Assembly: GCA_965209035.1 (NCBI GenBank)
Contig: OZ242372.1
Span: forward strand, 640,001 to 704,000
Length of the DNA stretch: 64,000 bases
Reading direction: 5' to 3'
Source of the DNA: Gammaproteobacteria bacterium
Lineage (GTDB): Bacteria; Pseudomonadota; Gammaproteobacteria; CBDBNL01; JAAOII01
Shown here: positions 20,994-29,693 of the stretch, piece by piece
How positions within the stretch are numbered: the stretch's first letter is position 1
Layout: each line of letters opens with the position of its first letter
Notes under the pieces: generated by a model
Seen by the model: only the letters and a program-made list of their open reading frames with translations
Databases searched by the model: none
Told to the model about the DNA's origin: nothing
Made by a program: the position numbers and the translations under genes

Positions 20994-21668
20994 TTAAAAC
21001 GGATTAAAGTAAGGGTCCAATGTCGTGTACCTGTTAGCCGCGCATGCGGGTGCGTTAGCCACTTGTCTTGTATCGCCGGGAATCCCAAGGCCAAGATAGA
21101 GAGTTTCCCCCTCACGCAAGTAAACACTGCAAACTCTTGCTCTGCCCTGTCTCGCTGCATCTCCCGCATAGACATAATTGATGGCAGTTGTAGTTCGATT
21201 CATACCGCCCAGTGTGGCTATGATTGATCCGGCGGAAAATACGGTGCCGGCGGCGGCCGCTATATGAGATCTAATACGGGAACGGTCCAATGGAATAATC
21301 CGTGCCTGTTGAATAATAGTATTCCTGTCGGCTTCCGACAGCTGCTCGGCATAGCTGCCGTCTTCCAAATTACATTTAGCGGGATTACTGCCGGATTGCT
21401 GAACATAACCCGAAACGGCCTTGCTACCCTCAAAATAAAAAAAACAACGGGTGGGTGTGTTGCCGACCAGGTCAAATACGGTGCAACCGCAAGCATTGGC
21501 TTGGATCCAAAGTCCTTGCAGAGCCTCAATACCGTCGCCGGAGGAGCCGCTGTTGCCACCGCCGCCGCAGCCTGAAAGAACAAGCAGCGGAAACAGAGGC
21601 AGCAGGCATTTTCTAAAAAACCCCTTGCGAAAAGACGCCGGTTTTGTCAATTTTGTAAGATAATTCAT
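20994..21668 (-). CDS. Cysteine-rich lipoprotein of unknown function
   Basis: ATG at 21668; lipobox LSG-C followed by a Gly/Ser linker; six further Cys. Confidence 0.75.
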   Translation of the reverse strand: MNYLTKLTKPASFRKGFFRKCLLPLFPLLVLSGCGGGGNSGSSGDGIEALQGLWIQANACGCTVFDLVGNTPTRCFFYFEGSKAVSGYVQQSGSNPAKCNLEDGSYAEQLSEADRNTIIQQARIIPLDRSRIRSHIAAAAGTVFSAGSIIATLGGMNRTTTAINYVYAGDAARQGRARVCSVYLREGETLYLGLGIPGDTRQVANAPACAANRYTTLDPYFNPF

Positions 21669-21852
21669 TTCCTTATTATACAATTCTTTACTGTCGTTTT
21701 TTTCACGGAATGACCCCGCAATACATCTAATGCGACAACAGAAGCACACCAAAACAATACGCAACGGACTTCGCAAACGCAAATAGCAGCCGTTATCCCG
21801 GGATCTATTGCCGCACGATCGCAAGGCAACGGAATAAACCTATGCAGTTTTT

Positions 21853-22983
21853 TCACAGAACCACCAAGTTATCGCGATGAATCAATTCGGGTTCGTATTC
21901 ATAGCCCAAAATCTTGCCTATCTCACCGCTGGCCTTACCGCAAAGTTTTTGACAGTCCGCCGTCCCGTAATTAACCAGACCGCGCACAACTTCTTTCCCT
22001 TTACTGTCATAGCAACCGACCGGATCGCCACGCTCAAACAGCCCTTCAGCACGCACAACCCCCACAGGCAGCAAACTGACACCGCTATGGAACACCGCTC
22101 GGATGGCGCCGTCGTCCAGATAGAGTTTACCGCGCGGCCGCAACTGGCCGACAAGCCAACGCTTGCGGGCTGCGGAAGGGGCCCGTCCCGCTCTAAACAG
22201 GCTGCCGATATCTTCTCCCAGATGAAGACGACACAACACATTTCGCTCGCCGCCGTGTGCGACCCGGGTGGGTGTGCCGGAATGCGCCGCCAGACGCGCC
22301 GCCCGAATTTTTGTCAGCATACCGCCGCGCCCCAATTCGCCCTTACCGCCGGCAAGGGCCGCCGTTTTTTCGTCTTCCGCATTCGCTTCTTTGATTAATT
22401 TTGCATTCGGAAACAGGCGCGGGTCCGCATCATACAGACCGTCGCAATCCGTCAAAATAACGAGAAGATCCGCATTCAACAGATTGGCCGTCATGGCGGC
22501 AAGTTCGTCATTATTGCCGAAACAGACTTCCTCATCCAGCAGGGTATCGTTTTCGTTAACAATCGGCACAAGCCCCAAGTCCAGCAACCTAATCAGAGTG
22601 GCGCGCGCATTCAGATAACTTTTGCGTCTTTCCAGGTCATAGTGCGTGAGTAACACCTGCGCGACACGAAGCCCGTAGGTATCGGCAATGTGTCGCCAGG
22701 TACTCATCACAGTCGGCTGTCCCACCGCGGCAGCGGCCTGGAGACTCCGCAACGAAACATCCTTTTCTTTCCAACCCAACACTTGTCTGCCGGCTGCCAC
22801 AGCCCCGGAAGAAACCAACACCAACCGCAGGCCGCGGTCGCGCAGCTCCGCCAACTGACGACAAAGGGAATTAATCAGTTGATCGTTGAGCCCCTCTTCT
22901 GTCTGACCCTGTTGTGCCAATAAGGAACTGCCGATCTTAACAATCCACAAGGGCGTCTCGGCGGTCTTTTTTGCTATGTTCAT
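21853..22983 (-). CDS. proB: Glutamate 5-kinase
   Basis: VKIGSS, VSSGAVAAG, NENDT, GGMLTK, C-terminal PUA domain ending IHRDNLV. Confidence 0.96.
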   Translation of the reverse strand: MNIAKKTAETPLWIVKIGSSLLAQQGQTEEGLNDQLINSLCRQLAELRDRGLRLVLVSSGAVAAGRQVLGWKEKDVSLRSLQAAAAVGQPTVMSTWRHIADTYGLRVAQVLLTHYDLERRKSYLNARATLIRLLDLGLVPIVNENDTLLDEEVCFGNNDELAAMTANLLNADLLVILTDCDGLYDADPRLFPNAKLIKEANAEDEKTAALAGGKGELGRGGMLTKIRAARLAAHSGTPTRVAHGGERNVLCRLHLGEDIGSLFRAGRAPSAARKRWLVGQLRPRGKLYLDDGAIRAVFHSGVSLLPVGVVRAEGLFERGDPVGCYDSKGKEVVRGLVNYGTADCQKLCGKASGEIGKILGYEYEPELIHRDNLVVL

Positions 22984-23452
22984 CGTCTTTTAATTTTAGG
23001 ATACCGGACCGCAAATTTGGGCCGCAGATTTGATGCGACAGCCCGCAACAGCCGATAAAAGTCCGAATTCCCGGAACTCTGGCCAATCTCCCCCAATCTC
23101 CCGGTGGCGTGACACAAGATGAACACCAAGTGTCCGCCACAGGAATCTGTAAGTGCATCCGTCAGTCGTCGGACAGCCGTCAATGCGAACCCGGAGGATA
23201 TGGTCGTCGCGGTCCCGACACATTCCTTGCCGTAATTGTGTAAAAGAACTTGTCTTTGTTACGGATGCGGAGTTGCAAATGCGGAAAATACCGTTCAATA
23301 TTCAAAGGGCGTATCTTGTTGTACCTTTTGGGAAAATTTTCATTCCTTTGGCAGACTAAGGCTTTCAATTGTTGCGTATGTTTCGTATATTTCATGTGTT
23401 GCATACCGGAATCGCAAAAAATACTCGTTGATGATGACTGATGATTAATGCC

Positions 23453-24523
23453 TTAATCGGAGACGGGCTTGGCGGCGGGAGCAGCTGGATTCTCGAGAAG
23501 CGAAGAGTCGCCGGTGTTGCGGGCGGTATCGGCGGCCAGGAATGTTCGCACCTTCCGGCAAACCGCATCCACCCCCTCACCTCGCAGAGAGGATACCTTG
23601 TAAACCGGCAGACCAAATTGTTTGAGTTGGTTGAGTCGCAAACTAAGGCACTTCGCATCCGGCAGATCGGCCTTGGAACCGAGAATCCACCTGGGTATCC
23701 TTAGCAGGTTTTTGTCAAAGGCACTCAACTCTCTTTCAAAAATGCGGACATCTTCCGCGGGGTCTGCACCCGACAAGTCCGTCAGATGAAACAGCAGACG
23801 CGCCCTGCGGATATGCCTTAAAAATTCCAAACCCAGTCCTTTGCCGGCGGCGGCTCCCTTTATGATACCGGGTAAATCCGCCAGGATTAGACCCCGTTCC
23901 GCCCCGGACACAGCCTCCGCAAAAACACCGCATGCCGGATCCAGCGTGGTGAACGGATAGTTGGCAACCTTTGGTTTGGCGGCCGTCGCGGCGGCAAGAA
24001 ACGAAGACTTGCCCGCATTCGGCAGACCGACCAGCCCGACATCCGACAGAATTCGCAATTCCAATTTTAGTTTTCGCTTCTCGCCCGGGAATCCCGAAGT
24101 GGCTTTAACCGGCGCCCGTCGGACGGAGCTCTTGAAATGCCTGTTGCCGTATCCGCCCTTGCCGCCGTAGGCGACCGCCAACCGTTCGCCGTCTGTCATA
24201 ACTTCTCCAATCCGTTCGTCGCTGTCGGCGTCATATACCAGAGTCCCAATCGGCACGGGTAACACAAGCTCTTTGCCGTCCGCTCCCCGCCTGTTTGTTT
24301 TGCCTCCGGATTTGCCGGACGGCGCCGCATAGGCATCGGTGTACTTGTAATCCAACAGACTGTGCAGTTTGTCATCGCCCAACAAGAACACATCGCCCCC
24401 CTTGCCGCCGTCGCCGCCGTCCGGTCCGCCGCGGGCGACATTTTTTTCTCGCCGGAAGGAAACAATTCCTTTGCCGCCATCGCCGGCCTTCACCGTGATT
24501 AAGGCACCGTCAACAAACCGCAT
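23453..24523 (-). CDS. obgE: GTPase ObgE/CgtA
   Basis: Gly-rich Obg fold (GGPDGGDGGKGG), GLPNAGKS, YPFTT, DLPG. Confidence 0.96.
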   Translation of the reverse strand: MRFVDGALITVKAGDGGKGIVSFRREKNVARGGPDGGDGGKGGDVFLLGDDKLHSLLDYKYTDAYAAPSGKSGGKTNRRGADGKELVLPVPIGTLVYDADSDERIGEVMTDGERLAVAYGGKGGYGNRHFKSSVRRAPVKATSGFPGEKRKLKLELRILSDVGLVGLPNAGKSSFLAAATAAKPKVANYPFTTLDPACGVFAEAVSGAERGLILADLPGIIKGAAAGKGLGLEFLRHIRRARLLFHLTDLSGADPAEDVRIFERELSAFDKNLLRIPRWILGSKADLPDAKCLSLRLNQLKQFGLPVYKVSSLRGEGVDAVCRKVRTFLAADTARNTGDSSLLENPAAPAAKPVSD

Positions 24524-24974
24524 GATCAATGAAAAACATCACCTTACCGGTATCAAGGGGAACCCCTGCCGATGAGAGTGTTTTGAGGATGTATCCCAAA
24601 ATACGAATGCCTCCCGCACAGCATAACCGAAAAAGAGCGGGGGAACGCATGCCGATGCAAATTGTTTTTGGGAAGCCGGCAGGAAGCAACCGGAATGCAG
24701 CCGGGAATAGGGATGCTGTCCGCATAGCCGCGGGGACCGAGGTCGCGTTGGAATTGATCTTGTTGTGAGCGATTTGAGGAACTCACAACTCACCCCGGAG
24801 GACTGTTTGGGCCCTAAGTTTTTTGCGTGTTCGGGCTGTTTAAGCATCTAAATTTCTAAAAAGCCCAAATCGTCCGGGGTGTCCGAACCGTCCGAACTGT
24901 CCAAACCTTATAAGATTTGTAATCTGTCTTATCTGACTTACCCGCCTTATTTTTTTACCCTACCCCAACTCGTA

Positions 24975-24994
24975 GGATTGGATTGGATTGGATT
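24975..24994. repeat. Pentamer microsatellite (GGATT)x4 downstream of rpmA
   Basis: Read directly. Confidence 0.9.
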
Positions 24995-25027
24995 GACCCT
25001 CACATTGCGCCCGGTGAGGTTTCCGAA

Positions 25028-25288
25028 TCAGACGGGCGGCAGAATATCTATGTACTTGCGTCTGTGCGGGCCGCGCACCGAAAAGGATACAACTCCGTCC
25101 GCCTTGGCAAAAAGAGTCCAATCGCCGCCACAGCCGACATTGTCACCCGCGTGAAACCCTGTACCGCGCTGGCGGACAATAATGTTGCCGGAACGCACCT
25201 TTTGGCCGCCGAAACGCTTGACACCAAGTCGTTTGGAATGCGAATCTCGACCGTTGCGAGTGCTACCCGCCGCTTTTTTATGTGCCAT
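25028..25288 (-). CDS. rpmA: 50S ribosomal protein L27
   Basis: [31 protein letters not shown]. Confidence 0.98.
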   Translation of the reverse strand: MAHKKAAGSTRNGRDSHSKRLGVKRFGGQKVRSGNIIVRQRGTGFHAGDNVGCGGDWTLFAKADGVVSFSVRGPHRRKYIDILPPV

Positions 25289-25354
25289 AACTTCTAACTT
25301 TTATTGATTTATCAATCTATTGGTCTATTAATTTATGAATGTTCCTCAATGTAT

Positions 25355-26221
25355 TTATTTTGAACCCTTTTTCTGAGCCGACCTGCGTCCGAAAAGTTTG
25401 CCGACTACGGAGCGACCCGGCTTCTTGGCTGCCATCTTGGGGTCAATAGCGGGCGAAGCGGGTTTGGCTGCCGGACTCGCTTTCTCCGACTTGGATGGTT
25501 GAACAGTCGGGGAAGATTTTTTTGTGTCTTTTTGTTTCTCTTTTAATAACAATTCCACTCCCGCCCCTGTGTCCGTCCGGGTCTGTTTTGCCGCCGGCTC
25601 GGATGCAACGGAACTCCCTTTCGCCAGTTTTGAACCCTTTGCCGGCGACGATGTCCCGGATGTTTCGGCCGGCGTGACAGCGGCACTCTTTGCGGTTCCT
25701 TTGACGGAAAGGGCCGCGGCCTTACCGCTCGGCGGCGGGAGGCGAACAGGGCGGTTAAGAGATGCTCTGAGTTTTGTTACTTTATCGGAATCGGGTTTTT
25801 CGTCCGCCCCCAAAATTAATACTTCCGTGAACCACTGGCGATGTCCCTGTCGCTTCAAACTGTGCTTGCGCCGCTTAAACTTGATGATCCTTATCTTGTC
25901 GCTTCTCGCATGGCGGATCACGACCGCACGCACTGTTTGGTTGGCAAGGTATGGTGTGCCGAATTCAGTTTTAGTATTCATGCCGTTGCCCTTGCTACTG
26001 CTGTCGGCACCGCCATTATTACCATGACCTTCGCCTTGAGGGCTGCCGGCGGCATCATCGGATTTGGCGGCGGAATCACCCTGTGCGGCAAAAAGGACCT
26101 TGTCAAAAAGAACCTCTTCGCCCTCTCGCTGGTTTAGTTTTTCCAAACGGACAAGCGAACCGACGGCAACTCGGTATTGCTTGCCACCGCTTTCAAAAAT
26201 TTTGTAAGACACAGAAGACAT
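25355..26221 (-). CDS. rplU: 50S ribosomal protein L21 with internal insertion and long C-terminal extension
   Basis: SGGKQYRV..LEKL, G.PY, KIRIIKFKRRKH..RQGHRQWFTEV; 288 aa versus the usual ~103; upstream of rpmA. Confidence 0.95.
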   Translation of the reverse strand: MSSVSYKIFESGGKQYRVAVGSLVRLEKLNQREGEEVLFDKVLFAAQGDSAAKSDDAAGSPQGEGHGNNGGADSSSKGNGMNTKTEFGTPYLANQTVRAVVIRHARSDKIRIIKFKRRKHSLKRQGHRQWFTEVLILGADEKPDSDKVTKLRASLNRPVRLPPPSGKAAALSVKGTAKSAAVTPAETSGTSSPAKGSKLAKGSSVASEPAAKQTRTDTGAGVELLLKEKQKDTKKSSPTVQPSKSEKASPAAKPASPAIDPKMAAKKPGRSVVGKLFGRRSAQKKGSK

Positions 26222-26256
26222 AATGTTTTTATTTTATAACAAACCACACATTAATA

Positions 26257-26344
26257 GGGCAAAAACCGCACTATTTTCCAAACCCGAATAAAAATAATCC
26301 CCGTATCGCCCTGCTCGGTTTGGAAAATAGTGCGGTTTTTGCCC
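26257..26344. repeat. Perfect 28-bp inverted repeat with 32-bp spacer
   Basis: gggcaaaaaccgcactattttccaaacc (26257-26284) and its exact reverse complement (26317-26344). Confidence 0.95.
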
Positions 26345-26419
26345 GCGCCGAACCCGCGAGAATTGTTTAGTAAGCATAATAGCGCAGTTTGAAGGTTCTC
26401 AAAAAAGCCCGTCAATGCG

Positions 26420-26447
26420 TTTGGGCGTTTGGCGTTGAACGCCCAAA
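26420..26447. other. 10-bp stem hairpin between tsaB and rplU
   Basis: tttgggcgtt N8 aacgcccaaa; could be a terminator or processing stem. Confidence 0.45.
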
Positions 26448-26570
26448 GATTTTAAACAGAATATGTCGCGACTATTCCGCCGGGGTTCGGTAAAATTTGC
26501 ACGTTTCGGTACCGTATGCTTGCAAAGAAGGGATGTTATTTCATATAAAAGCATATAAAAGCAAGGATGA

Positions 26571-27350
26571 CTAAACCGCCCGATTCGGGTAAATTGGCAA
26601 GAGTTTGTCCGGCGAACAGAATTGTGGTTTGGGTATGTTGCCGAGCCACTCCAGCAGGTCGACAGCCAACGGGTGAGATTCCGGGAAAAGAACGATCCGT
26701 TTTTTTATGGAGCGGTTTCCGGATGCACCAAAAATCTTCCAAGCGTCTCCCGGCACCACCAAAGGGTGTTTTGTTTTGGGCAGAAGGTCGGCGGTGATTT
26801 CGGCGGGGCTGCTTAAAGATGCCGTTCCGTATTCACCGGGATTGGCGGGTTGAACCGCATCCGGCACAGGGGCGACGGCATCTTTTGCGAGAGAAGGCCC
26901 TTTTTGTTTTTGTTTTTCTTTTTGTTTTGATGACGACTGATAACATGCCCAATATATCCGACCAAAACGGGCGTCTGTCATCGGCAAGATGACGCAGTTT
27001 GCAATGCCGGCTTTGCGGGCGAGATTCTGTCCGCGGAGGGCAAGGGATTGCATGGAAGAGACTCCGAACACGGGGATGTCGGCGGCATAAGCAAGCGATT
27101 GGGTTGCGGCGACTCCGAGCCGCACTCCCATGAGAGATCCGGGACCGATATCACAGACAATGGTATGCAATTGCCGAATGCGGATTTGAGATTCCGCCAG
27201 AAGTCTGTCGATCATGGGCAGTAATAAGCGATTATGCACCCGGGGCTTGACACGCAACAGTTGCCGAACGGGACCCTTGCCACCCAACTGCAAGGCAACC
27301 GAGCAGGCGGATGAACCGCAACTAATTGCAAGTCGGTAGTCGTGCGGCAT
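26571..27350 (-). CDS. tsaB: tRNA threonylcarbamoyladenosine biosynthesis protein TsaB
   Basis: CSVAL, H...LLPMID.LL, GPGS..GVR.G, DAR...IYW; follows adk. Confidence 0.9.
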   Translation of the reverse strand: MPHDYRLAISCGSSACSVALQLGGKGPVRQLLRVKPRVHNRLLLPMIDRLLAESQIRIRQLHTIVCDIGPGSLMGVRLGVAATQSLAYAADIPVFGVSSMQSLALRGQNLARKAGIANCVILPMTDARFGRIYWACYQSSSKQKEKQKQKGPSLAKDAVAPVPDAVQPANPGEYGTASLSSPAEITADLLPKTKHPLVVPGDAWKIFGASGNRSIKKRIVLFPESHPLAVDLLEWLGNIPKPQFCSPDKLLPIYPNRAV

Positions 27351-27485
27351 GCATTAATACATTAATGAATGATGATGCGGTTTTTATTTTTTGTGTTTTT
27401 GCATTGGAAGGAGAAATCACCTGTACCGAAACACTCGGGCGGACGCTCTTTCTTTTAAGGGAGCAGAGTTTAGCGGGCAGTCTAA

Positions 27486-28127
27486 CTAAAACAGGTCTTT
27501 CAGTTGTTGGGTTAGGACATCCGCGGACAGAGTCGCATCCGGACGATGATAGCGGCAATCGGTTTCGGCGGAAAGTTTTTGGTAGTAGGAGCAGACTTTC
27601 AAGGTGGTGTTGGCATAGTCTTCTATGCGTTTTTGGACCGATTCGCGGGTGTCGTCCGCCCGTTGTTCCAAAGGTTCGCCGGTAATGTCGTCCTTGCCTT
27701 CGGATTTGGGCGGGTTAAACAAAAGATTGTAGATACGGCCGGATGCCGCATGCACTCGGCGGCTGCTGAGCCGTTTGATGAGATCCTCGGTCGGGCAGTA
27801 AAATTCCACAACATGATCTATGCGGATGTTGTGTTGTTTGAGGTATTCGGCTTGGTTGACAGTGCGCGGGATACCGTCAAGAATAAAGCCGGCGGCACAA
27901 TCGGGCTGTTGCAAACGATTAACAACCAATTCCCCGATGATTGCATCTTCTATCAGTTCGCCTTTGTTCATTTTCTGTTTTACCCGACGCCCCAGTTCGC
28001 TGTTGCGGCGCGTTTCGTCGCGCAGCATGTCGCCCGTGCTGATATGAGCAATGCCGAAATGCCGGGATAGGACCGCGGACTGAGTTCCTTTGCCGCTGCC
28101 GGGCGGACCGAGAAAAACAATATTCAT
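27486..28127 (-). CDS. adk: Adenylate kinase
   Basis: GPPGSGKGTQ, HISTGDMLR, GFILDG.PRT, LID RRVH..SGR.Y, QRADD. Confidence 0.97.
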   Translation of the reverse strand: MNIVFLGPPGSGKGTQSAVLSRHFGIAHISTGDMLRDETRRNSELGRRVKQKMNKGELIEDAIIGELVVNRLQQPDCAAGFILDGIPRTVNQAEYLKQHNIRIDHVVEFYCPTEDLIKRLSSRRVHAASGRIYNLLFNPPKSEGKDDITGEPLEQRADDTRESVQKRIEDYANTTLKVCSYYQKLSAETDCRYHRPDATLSADVLTQQLKDLF

Positions 28128-28216
28128 TCTTGTCTTATGTTTGTTTAGGGTTGGTTAGGTTTGCCAAAGTTTGGAAGCGCGGCGGTATGCGTATACCTGC
28201 GAATGCGGGTATGCCG

Positions 28217-29257
28217 TTATACGGTCGCACAGACACGCCTTGGCAGCAACCTGCCGTCTTTCAATTCCGCCAGACCCAAAAAAACAGGCCGTTCGTCGGC
28301 GGGGGATTTTATTTGCGTGTTTTTTGTAAAAAAGACGCCCACTCGCGGGGGACTTTCGGTATGTCGAAGGGAACTGTCTTTTAAGGATGCTTCTTTTAAG
28401 GACGCAGGTAAGGGCGACGATAAGGGCGGCGGGGCGTAAGGAAAGTCCATACCCCGAACAAACAATTCTCTCTCTTGCGGGGAAAGAAATATATTGGGCA
28501 TCAGATGCGAAAAATCCTCGGGGGGCAAAAGGAAATGAGAGAGATCCAACGCCTCTTCCAGTGCGGCGAAGGTGTGCATCCGTTCGGCGGAAAATCTGTC
28601 TATGCCGGTGCGTCTTAGCCGACTGACATGAGCGCCGCAACCGAGTGCCTCCCCCAAGTCGGTTGCCATGCTTCTTATATAGACGCCTTTGGAGCATTTA
28701 ATTTTTAAGGAAATACGGGGGAGGTCAAAATCTGTTAAGAGCAAGGAATGAATGAAGACCCGGCGTGCCGATGGCAGGACGGGATGGCCGCTGCGCGCAT
28801 ACTTATACAGGGGCTTGCCTTTGTATTTGATAGCCGAGTAAACGGGCGGACATTGCATAATCTCGCCGCGAAATCGGACCAGGGCATCGCGAACATCTTG
28901 CTCGGACAGATCGTCGGGGTCGGCGCGTCGGGTAATCTTACCTTCGCGGTCGCCGGTATCCGTAGTAACGCCGAGTATCCATTGCGTTTCATATTCTTTG
29001 ACGGCACCAAGGAACATGTCCGCCAGTTTTGTATAGCCGCCGAGAAGGATGGGCAGCATCCCTTCTGCAAGCGGATCCAGACTGCCGCCGTGTCCCGCTT
29101 TGGGCCCCGCCTTGGGACCCGCTTCGGCACCGAATTGGCGTTGTCGGAACAATCGCTTAACCATACTGAGTGCCCGATTGGAGGTAATGCCCGCGGGCTT
29201 ATCCAACAACAGAATGCCGTCGGATACCGGGGTGTTCGCTTTTATGGTTGTCTCCAT
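28217..29257 (-). CDS. truB: tRNA pseudouridine(55) synthase
   Basis: LLLDKP.G.TSN, KAGHGGSLDPLA.G, PP.YSAIK, CSKG.YIRS. Confidence 0.95.
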   Translation of the reverse strand: METTIKANTPVSDGILLLDKPAGITSNRALSMVKRLFRQRQFGAEAGPKAGPKAGHGGSLDPLAEGMLPILLGGYTKLADMFLGAVKEYETQWILGVTTDTGDREGKITRRADPDDLSEQDVRDALVRFRGEIMQCPPVYSAIKYKGKPLYKYARSGHPVLPSARRVFIHSLLLTDFDLPRISLKIKCSKGVYIRSMATDLGEALGCGAHVSRLRRTGIDRFSAERMHTFAALEEALDLSHFLLPPEDFSHLMPNIFLSPQERELFVRGMDFPYAPPPLSSPLPASLKEASLKDSSLRHTESPPRVGVFFTKNTQIKSPADERPVFLGLAELKDGRLLPRRVCATV

Positions 29258-29282
29258 ATGACAGGGCTTGGGATTGGAAGTT

Positions 29283-29654
29283 CTAACTTTCCTGAACTCG
29301 GTTCAGAAGATGTTGCACATAGGACTCTTCTTCCGGCGTGCGGTCGTAATGAAATACAAGGTTGGGGAGGAACTTAAGCGACAATAAAGGCGCCAGGTTG
29401 TGCCGAATAAACTGACTTTTTTCGTTCAGATCCCGGATGAGATCCGCAGGCTTAATCTTTGGGTCATCCGCAACACACCGGCAGTACACATTTGCAATCC
29501 GCAGATCATTGGTCATATTAATGAAACTCACGGTGATGCTTTGAGATTGAAAGTAAGAACTTTTGCGGTGGAGAATCTGTGTCAATGCCCGGATAAGAAC
29601 ATTTGCCACGCGGTCTTTGCGATGGGGGTCTTTTTTCACGGGCATCTCGAGCAT
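29283..29654 (-). CDS. rbfA: Ribosome-binding factor A
   Basis: R..RVA, DLR.A.VY, P.L.F.YD; between infB and truB. Confidence 0.88.
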   Translation of the reverse strand: MLEMPVKKDPHRKDRVANVLIRALTQILHRKSSYFQSQSITVSFINMTNDLRIANVYCRCVADDPKIKPADLIRDLNEKSQFIRHNLAPLLSLKFLPNLVFHYDRTPEEESYVQHLLNRVQES

Positions 29655-29693
29655 TTTATGCTTCTTTCCATCTTTCCAAAACCAAAAAAATTT

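Noticed and set aside
23055-23200. AAAGTCCG and GAACCCGG recall RNase P RNA P4 motifs
   Set aside because: They do not pair as P4, are far too close together, and other conserved motifs are missing
24670-24692. GCCGGCAGGAAGCAAC resembles the SRP 4.5S RNA domain IV
   Set aside because: Lacks the conserved 5' CAGG of the symmetric loop, and I could not build the long flanking helix
26257-26344. 28-bp repeat with 32-bp spacer has CRISPR type I-F-like dimensions
   Set aside because: The repeats are inverted rather than direct, there are only two, and no cas genes are in the window
26375-26495. TAGCGCAGTTTG and GGTTCG look like tRNA D- and T-arm fragments
   Set aside because: No cloverleaf can be built, the spacing is wrong and there is no CCA end
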